In this document: positions 19,826-28,457 of the stretch, one piece after another
Layout of the letters: each line of letters begins with the position of its first letter
Position numbering within the stretch: the first letter of the stretch is position 1
IMG/VR virus record: IMGVR_UViG_2698536484_000010
Location: 1-28,457 of that record
Source of the DNA: a virus
Taxonomy: Duplodnaviria > Heunggongvirae > Uroviricota > Caudoviricetes
Length of the DNA stretch: 28,457 nucleotides
Reading direction: 5' to 3' (one strand)
The notes under the pieces: generated by a model
The model's database searches: none
What the model was told of the DNA's origin: nothing
The model's input: only the letters and a program-made list of their open reading frames with translations
Position numbers and translations under genes: made by a program

Positions 19826-20130
19826 CGGCAAAACGGAATGTGGGAACAGGGGAAAATCAGATACCTAGTATGTCAGAATGGACATCTGGGACAGGATGGA
19901 ATAGAGACCCGTCGGGGAGAATAATACAGCGGGGATTTGCTATGACATCAAGTCAAACTAACATTTTATTCCCGATACCATTTCCGTATGACGATTTCGA
20001 AGTTATCGTTTGTGCAGCAGATACAGGAGCAAATAAAGGGGCCGTAAATGTGTTGCGAAAATCGAGGCAGGGGTTTTCTGTTTCACAGGTTGGAAGTATG
20101 CCAGTCGCATACAGATGGATAGCGGGGTGA
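19522..20130 (+). CDS. Tail fibre protein: constant N-terminus (Sc, aa 1-97) fused to variable C-terminus Sv1
   Basis: 202 aa; first 100 aa identical to the ORF at 21147; the two diverge directly after the 26-bp crossover site at 19799-19824. Confidence 0.75.
   Translation: MHRIDTKTAQKDKFGAGKNGFTRGNPQTGTPATDLDDDYFDMLQEELCSVVEASGASLEKGRHDQLLTALRALLLSRKNPFGDIKSDGTVKMALENLGLGEAAKRNVGTGENQIPSMSEWTSGTGWNRDPSGRIIQRGFAMTSSQTNILFPIPFPYDDFEVIVCAADTGANKGAVNVLRKSRQGFSVSQVGSMPVAYRWIAG
19799..19824 (+). other. Pin crossover site (pix-like): CTCTCGAAAACC-TT-GGTTTGGGAGAA
   Basis: Two imperfectly symmetric 12-bp half sites flanking a 2-bp core, same architecture as gix/hix; lies exactly at the Sc/Sv junction and at the inverted-repeat boundary. 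Confidence 0.7.
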
Positions 20131-20573
20131 TTGAAATGTATAAATTTGATCCAAAGAATGCATTATTCTATCCTGCTGCGTCAATTTCCGATTATAAATT
20201 GAGCGAAGATGAAATCGCCACATTCACTGATATTAGCGAGGAGGATGCAACCGAGTTTTTAGGATTCCCGCCGACTGGAAAAATCAGAGGGTCGGACGGT
20301 TATGGCAATCCTGCATGGGTTGAAATACCTCCACCATCACATGAGGAACTTATTGAACAGGCCGAATCAGAGAGGCAATTATTGATTAACCATGCCAACG
20401 AATACATGAACAGTAAACAATGGCCTGGTAAAGCGGCTATTGGTCGTCTGAATGGTGAGGAACTGGCGCAATATAATTTGTGGCTGGATTATCTGAACGC
20501 ACTGGAACTGGTTGATACCTCCAGTGCGCCAGATATTGAATGGCCTACGCCTCCGGCAGTTCAGGCCAGATGA
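20115..20573 (+). CDS. Tail fibre assembly chaperone Tfa1
   Basis: 152 aa; overlaps the fibre gene 3' end; identical inverted copy at 22521-22979. Confidence 0.75.
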   Translation: MDSGVIEMYKFDPKNALFYPAASISDYKLSEDEIATFTDISEEDATEFLGFPPTGKIRGSDGYGNPAWVEIPPPSHEELIEQAESERQLLINHANEYMNSKQWPGKAAIGRLNGEELAQYNLWLDYLNALELVDTSSAPDIEWPTPPAVQAR

Positions 20574-20687
20574 CATCCGGCGCGGTGCTGGTATCTGTTG
20601 CCGTCACCGCGTCAATGTAATCCAGCACAGCGTTAAGTCGGGTGGTTTCTGCCTGCGTCAGTTTACGTCCGGCCTGCAATTTCAGTT
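20545..20687 (-). pseudogene. 3' fragment (about 47 codons) of the Tfa2 gene, inverted copy
   Basis: Reverse complement of 22407-22549; copy ends abruptly at 20687. Confidence 0.5.
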
Positions 20688-20688
20688 A

Positions 20689-21143
20689 ATGCCCTGATGC
20701 GGGAGCTGGATCCGCGCACCACCACCGAACTGATAAACCGCTGGGAGCGTCTGTGCGGCCTGCCAGATGAATGTATTCCTACAGGGACACAGACCCTTCG
20801 CCAGCGTCAGCAACGGCTGGATGCGAAGGTTAACCTGTCGGGTGGCATCAACGAGGATTTTTATCTTGCACAGCTTGCTGCCCTGGGCAGACCAGATGCT
20901 ACCATCACGCGATACGACAAAAGTACGTTCACCTGCTCATCGGCCTGTACTGACGCTGTGAACGCGCCTGAATGGCGGTATTACTGGCAGGTCAACATGC
21001 CAGCCGCCACCAACACCACCTGGATGACATGTGGCGATCCCTGTGATTCCGCACCGCGTATCTGGGGCGACACCGTTGTCGAATGTGTGCTTAACAAACT
21101 CTGCCCGTCGCATACCTACGTAATTTTTAAATATCCGGAGTAA
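20689..21143 (+). pseudogene. Truncated duplicate of the YmfQ-like gene (equivalent to codons 46-194 of 18934-19518; translated copy 20697-21143)
   Basis: 148 aa identical to the C-terminal part of the gene at 18934; no N-terminus or proper start. Confidence 0.55.
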
Positions 21144-21146
21144 TCC

Positions 21147-21947
21147 ATGCATCGTATAGACACGAAAACCGCGCAGAAGGATAAGTTCGGCGCGGGTAAG
21201 AACGGTTTTACCCGTGGTAACCCCCAGACCGGCACGCCTGCCACCGATCTGGATGATGACTACTTTGACATGTTGCAGGAGGAGCTTTGCAGCGTTGTGG
21301 AGGCGTCCGGTGCCAGCCTGGAGAAGGGGCGGCACGACCAGCTACTTACCGCGCTTCGCGCGCTGCTGTTAAGCCGCAAGAATCCGTTTGGCGATATCAA
21401 ATCGGATGGCACGGTGAAAATGGCTCTCGAAAACCTTGGTTTGGGAGAAGGTTCGGCATTACCCGTTGGTGTGCCTGTTCCGTGGCCTTCCGCCACTCCG
21501 CCAACAGGCTGGCTGAAATGCAACGGTGCGGCTTTTTCTGCTGAAGAATACCCGGAACTGGCAAAGGCTTACCCGACAAATAAATTGCCTGATTTACGTG
21601 GTGAGTTTATTCGTGGCTGGGATGACGGACGTGGTATGGATACGGGGAGGGCAATATTATCAGCTCAGGGCGATGCCATACGTAATATCTATGGTGAGTT
21701 CAAGACTGTAAACACCGAAAATTATTCAATATGGGAATCAGCAGGCTCGTTTAAGGGGGCAGTGGTGCCTTTGAATCCCTCAACGAACAATAGTTATTTC
21801 TCCTTAACCAGAAGTATGGTGACTGAAAGAACAGATGGCGCTGTTTACCCAAAAGTGATTGGCCTTGATGCTTCAAGAATTGTTCCAACTGCAAACGAAA
21901 ACCGTCCTCGTAACATTGCCTTTAATTATATCGTGAGAGCTGCCTGA
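21147..21947 (+). CDS. Tail fibre protein: Sc fused to alternative C-terminus Sv2
   Basis: 266 aa; C-terminal region matches the receptor-binding domain pattern of P2 H / Mu S-like fibres ([17 protein letters not shown] ... [10 protein letters not shown]). Confidence 0.8.
   Translation: MHRIDTKTAQKDKFGAGKNGFTRGNPQTGTPATDLDDDYFDMLQEELCSVVEASGASLEKGRHDQLLTALRALLLSRKNPFGDIKSDGTVKMALENLGLGEGSALPVGVPVPWPSATPPTGWLKCNGAAFSAEEYPELAKAYPTNKLPDLRGEFIRGWDDGRGMDTGRAILSAQGDAIRNIYGEFKTVNTENYSIWESAGSFKGAVVPLNPSTNNSYFSLTRSMVTERTDGAVYPKVIGLDASRIVPTANENRPRNIAFNYIVRAA
21424..21449 (+). other. Pin crossover site (pix-like), identical 26-mer to 19799-19824
   Basis: Same 26-bp sequence at the Sc/Sv2 junction. Confidence 0.7.
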
Positions 21948-22549
21948 TGAATAAAGCCGTATTAAATAACGAACTCATTGCCATAAAAGCGGGAGACATT
22001 ACCATTTATAATTATGATGGTGAAACGCGGGAATATATTTCCACATCAACTGAATATCTTGCGGTTGGCGTCGGTATCCCGGAATGTTCTTGTTTAGATG
22101 CACCAGTTACACATAAAGCTGGTTATGCAATCTGCCGTTCTGCAGATTTTAACTCATGGGAATATGTGCCAGACCATCGCGGTGAAATCATCTATAGCAC
22201 CGAAACAGGAGAATCGAAAGAAATCACAGCTCCGGGTGATTACCCTGAAAATACAACCACTATCGCCCCGTTAACGCCATATGATAAATGGGATGGTGAG
22301 AAATGGGTGACGGATACCGGGGCACAGCATAGCGCCGCAGTAGATGCAGCAGAAGCACAGCGCCAGTCGCTGATTGATACTGCAATGGCTTCCATCAGTC
22401 TGATTCAACTGAAATTGCAGGCCGGACGTAAACTGACGCAGGCAGAAACCACCCGACTTAACGCTGTGCTGGATTACATTGACGCGGTGACGGCAACAGA
22501 TACCAGCACCGCGCCGGATGTCATCTGGCCTGAACTGCCGGAGGCGTAG
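21947..22549 (+). CDS. Tail fibre assembly chaperone Tfa2
   Basis: 200 aa; N-terminus [10 protein letters not shown] typical of Tfa proteins; 3' end converges on and overlaps Tfa1 on the opposite strand. Confidence 0.75.
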   Translation: MNKAVLNNELIAIKAGDITIYNYDGETREYISTSTEYLAVGVGIPECSCLDAPVTHKAGYAICRSADFNSWEYVPDHRGEIIYSTETGESKEITAPGDYPENTTTIAPLTPYDKWDGEKWVTDTGAQHSAAVDAAEAQRQSLIDTAMASISLIQLKLQAGRKLTQAETTRLNAVLDYIDAVTATDTSTAPDVIWPELPEA

Positions 22550-22979
22550 GCCATTCAATATCTGGCGCACTGGAGGTATCAACCAGTTCCAGTGCGTTCA
22601 GATAATCCAGCCACAAATTATATTGCGCCAGTTCCTCACCATTCAGACGACCAATAGCCGCTTTACCAGGCCATTGTTTACTGTTCATGTATTCGTTGGC
22701 ATGGTTAATCAATAATTGCCTCTCTGATTCGGCCTGTTCAATAAGTTCCTCATGTGATGGTGGAGGTATTTCAACCCATGCAGGATTGCCATAACCGTCC
22801 GACCCTCTGATTTTTCCAGTCGGCGGGAATCCTAAAAACTCGGTTGCATCCTCCTCGCTAATATCAGTGAATGTGGCGATTTCATCTTCGCTCAATTTAT
22901 AATCGGAAATTGACGCAGCAGGATAGAATAATGCATTCTTTGGATCAAATTTATACATTTCAATCACCCCGCTATCCAT
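22521..22979 (-). CDS. Tail fibre assembly chaperone Tfa1 (inverted cassette copy)
   Basis: 152 aa identical to 20115-20573. Confidence 0.7.
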   Translation of the reverse strand: MDSGVIEMYKFDPKNALFYPAASISDYKLSEDEIATFTDISEEDATEFLGFPPTGKIRGSDGYGNPAWVEIPPPSHEELIEQAESERQLLINHANEYMNSKQWPGKAAIGRLNGEELAQYNLWLDYLNALELVDTSSAPDIEWPTPPAVQAR

Positions 22980-23281
22980 CTGTATGCGACTGGCATACTT
23001 CCAACCTGTGAAACAGAAAACCCCTGCCTCGATTTTCGCAACACATTTACGGCCCCTTTATTTGCTCCTGTATCTGCTGCACAAACGATAACTTCGAAAT
23101 CGTCATACGGAAATGGTATCGGGAATAAAATGTTAGTTTGACTTGATGTCATAGCAAATCCCCGCTGTATTATTCTCCCCGACGGGTCTCTATTCCATCC
23201 TGTCCCAGATGTCCATTCTGACATACTAGGTATCTGATTTTCCCCTGTTCCCACATTCCGTTTTGCCGCTTCTCCCAAACC
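22964..23281 (-). CDS. Silent Sv1 cassette: promoterless, start-less variable C-terminal fibre segment that becomes fused to Sc on inversion
   Basis: Identical to codons 98-202 of 19522-20130; the ORF-track N-terminal extension to 23323 runs across the crossover site and is not credible. Confidence 0.6.
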   Translation of the reverse strand, partial: GLGEAAKRNVGTGENQIPSMSEWTSGTGWNRDPSGRIIQRGFAMTSSQTNILFPIPFPYDDFEVIVCAADTGANKGAVNVLRKSRQGFSVSQVGSMPVAYRWIAG

Positions 23282-23295
23282 AACGTTTATGAAAA
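23270..23295 (+). other. Pin crossover site in inverted orientation: TTCTCCCAAACC-AA-CGTTTATGAAAA
   Basis: Inner half site is the exact reverse complement of GGTTTGGGAGAA; core AA is the complement of TT; lies 55 bp upstream of pin. Confidence 0.65.
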
Positions 23296-23349
23296 TGCAG
23301 AAATAACGAGCAAATGGCATCATTCCTGCTTTTGTCAGGGAGATCTACC

Positions 23350-23904
23350 ATGCTTATTGGCTATGTACGTGTGTCAACAAATGACCAGAACACAGATCTA
23401 CAACGTAATGCGCTGAACTGTGCAGGATGTGAGCTGATTTTTGAAGACAAGATAAGCGGTACAAAGTCCGACAGACCAGGACTGAAAAAGCTGCTCAGGA
23501 CATTATCGGCAGGTGACACGCTGGTGGTCTGGAAACTGGACCGACTGGGGCGCAGTATGCGGCATCTTGTCGTGCTGGTGGAGGAGTTGCGCGAACGAGG
23601 CATCAACTTTCGTAGTCTGACGGATTCAATTGATACCAGTACCCCAATGGGGCGCTTTTTCTTTCATGTGATGGGTGCCCTGGCTGAAATGGAGCGTGAA
23701 CTGATTGTTGAACGAACAAAAGCTGGACTGGAAGCAGCTCGCGCACAGGGACGAATTGGTGGACGTCGCCCCAAACTTACACCAGAACAATGGGAGCAGG
23801 CCGGACGATTAATTGCATCAGGCGTTCCTCGCCAGAAGGTGGCGATCATCTATGATGTTGGTATATCGACACTGTATAAGAAGTTTCCGGTCGGAGATAA
23901 ATGA
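23350..23904 (+). CDS. pin: Serine DNA invertase (Pin/Gin/Hin/Cin family)
   Basis: MLIGYVRVSTNDQNTDLQRNAL... with catalytic Ser in the YVRVS motif and C-terminal HTH; SD GGGAG 7 nt upstream of ATG 23350. Confidence 0.9.
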   Translation: MLIGYVRVSTNDQNTDLQRNALNCAGCELIFEDKISGTKSDRPGLKKLLRTLSAGDTLVVWKLDRLGRSMRHLVVLVEELRERGINFRSLTDSIDTSTPMGRFFFHVMGALAEMERELIVERTKAGLEAARAQGRIGGRRPKLTPEQWEQAGRLIASGVPRQKVAIIYDVGISTLYKKFPVGDK

Positions 23905-23964
23905 AACCGTAGCACGTCGTATGCAAGAAGATCGTGCTGCGGTTTATGCTTATCACTTAAAGAC

Positions 23965-24834
<870 letters not shown>

Positions 24835-24914
24835 CTAAGTCTTTGAATTTACATAGTACAAAAAAGATACTTTTCCTCATAATGTGAATTAATTTTATGT
24901 TTCGTTTGATGATT

Positions 24915-24980
24915 GGACCGGTCTCGAAAACCGGAGTGGGGGCAACTCCACCGGGGGTTCAAATCCCCCTCTCTCCGCCA
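24915..24980 (+). other. att core: 3' 66 nt of a tRNA-Ser(CGA) gene (anticodon stem-loop through CCA), no 5' half
   Basis: GGACCGGTCTCGAAAACCGG (anticodon CGA) ... CCGGGGGTTCAAATCCCCCTCTCTCCGCCA; upstream sequence cannot form the acceptor stem. Confidence 0.7.
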
Positions 24981-25025
24981 AAATTCAATCACTTATACAT
25001 CATTAAGTCAGTGACAAAAATCACA

Positions 25026-25057
25026 CTTGGAATTACTTGGAATATTTTCTTGGAATA
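25026..25057 (+). repeat. Three direct copies of CTTGGAAT (25026, 25036, 25050), candidate integrase arm-type sites
   Basis: Read directly; overlap the int stop codon, lying between int and the att core. Confidence 0.4.
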
Positions 25058-26058
25058 TTTTCAGGTAACGGGACATCAAGTGTCGGTGAAACTTTAACCT
25101 TCCTGTCATAGATTAGCACTTGCCCCTCGGTTTTGTGACCAGAGAAAAGTTGCTTATCCCGACTGCTTCCTTCATAGTCTGAAATTCCTTTCGCCTTCAG
25201 ATCATGAAAGGTGAAGTCGGTTAAAATACCTGAAATTTTGCCTGCGCGATTTCTTGCTTCTACCCACATTTCGTTAAAGCCTTTGTACATATATCGGTTG
25301 CCGTATTGATTGCTGATTACATAGGCGGATGTTGGTAACTGTTTTGCTTTTTCGATCGCCGCCTGTAATCGTGGACTCCATGCTTTTATCTGTTTTTTTC
25401 CTGTTTTCCCTTGCTGGATAAAGATCCCGTCGTTTCCAATCTGCTCCCATTTCAGCGATAACACATCGGAAACCCTCGCTGCACACAGATAGGCAATTTC
25501 CATTGCGATAAAAACAGGAAGAGGTGCAACGCTTAATACTGCCTGGTATTCTTTGTCGGTTACATATCGTTCGCGGTTTTTGGCCTTGAATTTACTTACA
25601 CCTGCACATGGGTTACCCTTCACGTACCCTCGCTCATACCCCCAACTGTAAACGCGGGACATACTGCTTTTTTCATGGTTGGCTTGCGTTTTACTCTGCT
25701 CCCCTCTCTTGTCCATGTATCGACGGATGTGTTCTGGTTTTATGGAATCTGCCGGCACCTTACCGAATACGGCAAGCAACTTTTTTTGATGTTGCAGATA
25801 ATCTTTTTGTGTTCTTGGACTGAGGTCACTGTAATAGGCGCTGGCGAGGAATTTTTCCCACAAGCGACCGAATGTCATTGCACGATCGCGATTATTTACA
25901 GTTTCCTCATACTTTTTCCATAAAGCAGCTAAACCATCCTTGATGGCGGTTAGTGTTACAGATTCTCTGGATGTTGGTTTCCATGCATAACTATATTTAT
26001 TTGGGTATACATTTGGAGGTAATTTTTCGTGTTCAGGATTTTTCCTTCGTCTTCCCAT
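25033..26058 (-). CDS. int: Tyrosine integrase (lambda Int family)
   Basis: 341 aa; box I AARVSDVLSLKW, box II TFHDLK...GHKTEGQVLIY aligns with lambda TFHELR...GHKSDTMASQY. Confidence 0.9.
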   Translation of the reverse strand: MGRRRKNPEHEKLPPNVYPNKYSYAWKPTSRESVTLTAIKDGLAALWKKYEETVNNRDRAMTFGRLWEKFLASAYYSDLSPRTQKDYLQHQKKLLAVFGKVPADSIKPEHIRRYMDKRGEQSKTQANHEKSSMSRVYSWGYERGYVKGNPCAGVSKFKAKNRERYVTDKEYQAVLSVAPLPVFIAMEIAYLCAARVSDVLSLKWEQIGNDGIFIQQGKTGKKQIKAWSPRLQAAIEKAKQLPTSAYVISNQYGNRYMYKGFNEMWVEARNRAGKISGILTDFTFHDLKAKGISDYEGSSRDKQLFSGHKTEGQVLIYDRKVKVSPTLDVPLPENIPRKYSK

Positions 26059-26261
26059 CAGATCGCACCAAAATTCGGCTCTACCTCGCGTGGTGGTAAA
26101 GTTTTATTGCAGGTAAATAGCTCCCGGCTGACAATCGGTTTGCCACTACGATTGGTATAGAACGGAAGCCCGTTTTCCATTAACCATTTTCGCTGGTGGC
26201 TTGCATATTTGCAGCCCGTTAATATTAGCAATTCATCTTCGGTTAAAAATAAGCTGCTCAT
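26058..26261 (-). CDS. Excisionase-like small DNA-binding protein
   Basis: 67 aa; stop overlaps int start (ATGA); position and size typical of xis. Confidence 0.5.
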   Translation of the reverse strand: MSSLFLTEDELLILTGCKYASHQRKWLMENGLPFYTNRSGKPIVSRELFTCNKTLPPREVEPNFGAI

Positions 26262-26319
26262 AGCTATATCTCATAACCGCCGCTAACTATATACGGTTAG
26301 CGGCAATTAGGGTTGAACA

Positions 26320-28440
26320 TTAAAAATCAGCCTGACTCGGGATCAGTTTTTGCCAGATAGCTGAAACGTATTTTGCCTGGTAACGGGCGTCATCAAGTGC
26401 ATTATGGCGCTCACCTTCGAATGGAATAGCCGTTCTGGCATCGAAGTCTATGGCTTTCCCCAGCTCAACGATTGTGCGTACATCGCGATCGTTGTAGTAA
26501 CGCCACGGGCAGGGGATCCCCTGCCGTTCGTATGAACGGCGCAAAATCGTGTTGTCGAAGTTGGCTCCATTTCCCCAGACATGAACAAAAAATTCACCGG
26601 AGTTTTCGTCGATAAATTCCCGCAATTGTAACAGTGCATCATCTAACGGGATTTCATCGGCCATAATGGCAGATTGCGCTTCGCGTGATTGTTTAAGCCA
26701 CCATTTAATGGTGTCCCGATCAATGACTCCGCCAGCAGTTTCCAGATCGATAGTCTTACTAAATTCCGGTCCCATATCTCCGGTTTGCGGATCGAAAAAT
26801 ATTGCACCTATTGAGATAATCGGGGCATCGGGATTTTTTCCCATGGTTTCAAGGTCGATCATCAGATGAATCCCCGCTCTGCTGGTGGATGTGAGATTAT
26901 GATGACCGTTCGCCTTAATTAAGGGATCTGACGCCTCGCCAGTTTCACTATCGCTGGCATGATGCTGATTGCCGCCAGTGTTCTCCTTGTGCTGATGCGC
27001 AGTGCCTTCCATTTCCTCCGGATCATTTTCCTGAACTTCAGGCTGATTCTCTCCATCGAATATTTCCTGGTATGTTGCGTCACCCATCACCGCACCACAA
27101 TCAGGGCAGTTGCCGCCACCGCTCTGACCGCAGGCGGTGCAGATCTTTTCCGGTTCCTGTTGCACTACTGGTTCAGGTTGTTTCGTTTCTGGCTCGTTTT
27201 GTAACGCATTTGGGCTGTTTTGTTCCGCTTTTTGGTAGTTCCGTTCCGATTCATGCTGGTTCTGGTTCACAGAATCGCGAGTCTGGATCCCCTTGACCCA
27301 TTTCGGATCATTAGGGGCGCTAATCCCCTCAACAAATTCACCACGCGATACAGCAAGTAACTTATCGGCGTCAGGCTGGCTGATATTGGCTGCCTGCATA
27401 ATTTTGTTTACTTCGTCAGCGGTAACTTTTACCGGCCCTGGTTGTGCGGTCGTGTCAGATGCACCAGTATTTTGTTGTGAACCTGAGTATGTACCGTTTT
27501 TGCGGGCGAAATATTCTTCTTTCGTGATTTCAGTAGCCCCAGCAGACAGCGCCTTATCCAGACCAGAAAGTTTGTTTGCGCGACCGTATTTTTCGCCATC
27601 CTTGTCGGTGAAGAGGAAGTAGAACGGCCCCTCACGCTCTACAGATGGTTCAGCTTCCGGCGCGGTTTCATTTTTTGGGATATCAGATACCTCAGTTTCC
27701 ACTGCATCAGTTTGTGTTTCTGATGACTGGAGAACATCAACAGTGCCCAGGTCTGTTTCTTCATTCTCAAACACGCCCTTTGTCGTCAGGTATTCGCAGA
27801 TATATTTGTTCAGTGCTACGGGATCTTTGTGAATGTCGATCGGACGTTCACGGACAAGGCCAAAAATAGTCTGGCGGTCGTAGCGAAGGGCATCAGGCTG
27901 TTTGCGCATTGATGCCGAGATACGCTTCCAGTCTTCGCGGCCGTTGTCGATAACTTCATTTTTTGCCCAGCGATGGATGCTGCCGTCAATGTTTCCGGCA
28001 TCCACATCACCAGGCCAGAGAGCGTAGGCCAGTTCGTCATCCAGTGTTTTCCATGTCTGCTTGTATTCGCGATGAATGGCAGCAATGACCGGGCTGATTT
28101 TTCCTGTTGAATTTTCAGTGTACTGTTGATTGGCTCTGGCGCGGGCGAGATCAACAACAGACGTGTATTTTCCGGTTTCCTTGCGTTCACCTTCGCGACG
28201 TTTTTTCCAGATGCGCATCTCTGCCTGAATTTCGGGCCATTTAGCACCAGGAATACATTTATGCTTAACCCACCCAATGGCGTGCAACTTAAGCTCCGGA
28301 TACATGGCGTTAACTTCTGGCATTTTCATCAACGCTTCAACGATATGTCCGTCGAATGTTGCCATGTCTTCCTGCAACAATTCCTGTGCGCTAATAACCA
28401 TATCAACGGTGATGTTTTCACATGTGTCGAACTTAACCAT
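26320..28440 (-). CDS. Large exonuclease with C-terminal DnaQ-like DEDDh 3'-5' exonuclease domain
   Basis: 706 aa; C-terminal motifs IDLETMG (Exo I), VWGNGANFD (Exo II), HNALDDARY (Exo III with His); central CxxC...CxxC zinc-ribbon-like motif; acidic/polar linker. Confidence 0.7.
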   Translation of the reverse strand: MVKFDTCENITVDMVISAQELLQEDMATFDGHIVEALMKMPEVNAMYPELKLHAIGWVKHKCIPGAKWPEIQAEMRIWKKRREGERKETGKYTSVVDLARARANQQYTENSTGKISPVIAAIHREYKQTWKTLDDELAYALWPGDVDAGNIDGSIHRWAKNEVIDNGREDWKRISASMRKQPDALRYDRQTIFGLVRERPIDIHKDPVALNKYICEYLTTKGVFENEETDLGTVDVLQSSETQTDAVETEVSDIPKNETAPEAEPSVEREGPFYFLFTDKDGEKYGRANKLSGLDKALSAGATEITKEEYFARKNGTYSGSQQNTGASDTTAQPGPVKVTADEVNKIMQAANISQPDADKLLAVSRGEFVEGISAPNDPKWVKGIQTRDSVNQNQHESERNYQKAEQNSPNALQNEPETKQPEPVVQQEPEKICTACGQSGGGNCPDCGAVMGDATYQEIFDGENQPEVQENDPEEMEGTAHQHKENTGGNQHHASDSETGEASDPLIKANGHHNLTSTSRAGIHLMIDLETMGKNPDAPIISIGAIFFDPQTGDMGPEFSKTIDLETAGGVIDRDTIKWWLKQSREAQSAIMADEIPLDDALLQLREFIDENSGEFFVHVWGNGANFDNTILRRSYERQGIPCPWRYYNDRDVRTIVELGKAIDFDARTAIPFEGERHNALDDARYQAKYVSAIWQKLIPSQADF

Positions 28441-28457
28441 GACAGCGTTCTGTACTT

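Larger units (their letters stand above)
19813..20687 (+). repeat. Inverted repeat, left copy (875 bp: Sv1 + Tfa1 + Tfa2 3' end); reverse complement of 22407-23281
   Basis: Coordinate sum 43094 holds for all matched ORF endpoints; divergence at 20688. Confidence 0.75.
20689..21450 (+). repeat. Direct repeat copy 2 (762 bp), identical to 19064-19825
   Basis: Identical translations in all frames across both copies; boundaries read from sequence. Confidence 0.75.
22407..23281 (-). repeat. Inverted repeat, right copy (875 bp), reverse complement of 19813-20687
   Basis: Identical encoded proteins on the opposite strand; right end coincides with the pix inner half site. Confidence 0.75.

Noticed and set aside
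20512-20697. 61-aa ORF, with its inverted twin in the 103-aa ORF at 22271-22582 (- strand)
   Set aside because: Antisense to or overlapping the Tfa genes, and duplicated only because it lies within the inverted repeat; no independent coding evidence.
19064-23295. Repeat-rich region that might suggest a CRISPR array or an IS element / transposon
   Set aside because: The repeats are 762-bp and 875-bp duplications of tail-fibre gene segments flanked by invertase crossover sites. There are no short regularly spaced repeats, no transposase and no terminal inverted repeats with target duplications.
23910-23940. Possible terminator hairpin after pin (agcacg...cgtgct)
   Set aside because: Long loop and no convincing T-run; cannot be supported from sequence alone.
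24890-24980. A complete tRNA-Ser gene
   Set aside because: Only the anticodon stem-loop to 3' CCA matches. The upstream sequence (gtttcgtttgatgatt) cannot pair with the 3' acceptor strand and there is no D-arm, so it is an att core fragment.

Overview
The window reads as most of a mosaic temperate phage genome of the enterobacterial type, with nearly all genes on the + strand and tightly coupled. In order: a lambda-like lysis cassette (S-like holin partial at the 5' edge, R-like endolysin, Rz with embedded Rz1); an AT-rich moron with its own promoter and terminator; HNH endonuclease, a possible cos region, small and large terminase; an HK97-type head module (portal, prohead protease, major capsid, connector, head closure); a Mu/e14-like contractile tail module (sheath, tube, frameshifted chaperone, tape measure, baseplate proteins, YmfQ-like protein); a Pin-invertase tail-fibre switch with recognisable 26-bp crossover sites; an AT-rich GIY-YIG nuclease cargo gene; an attP-like site carrying the 3' 66 nt of tRNA-Ser(CGA); and a leftward integrase, excisionase-like gene and large exonuclease. 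Tail fibres and int flank the att core, which is the vegetative phage arrangement rather than an integrated prophage end. The most unusual items are the GIY-YIG cargo gene (the best candidate for an undescribed defence function), the moron near the lysis genes, and an extra 1.6-kb partial copy of the tail-fibre switch in the opposite inversion state. All calls are from reading the sequence and ORF translations; no database search was run.
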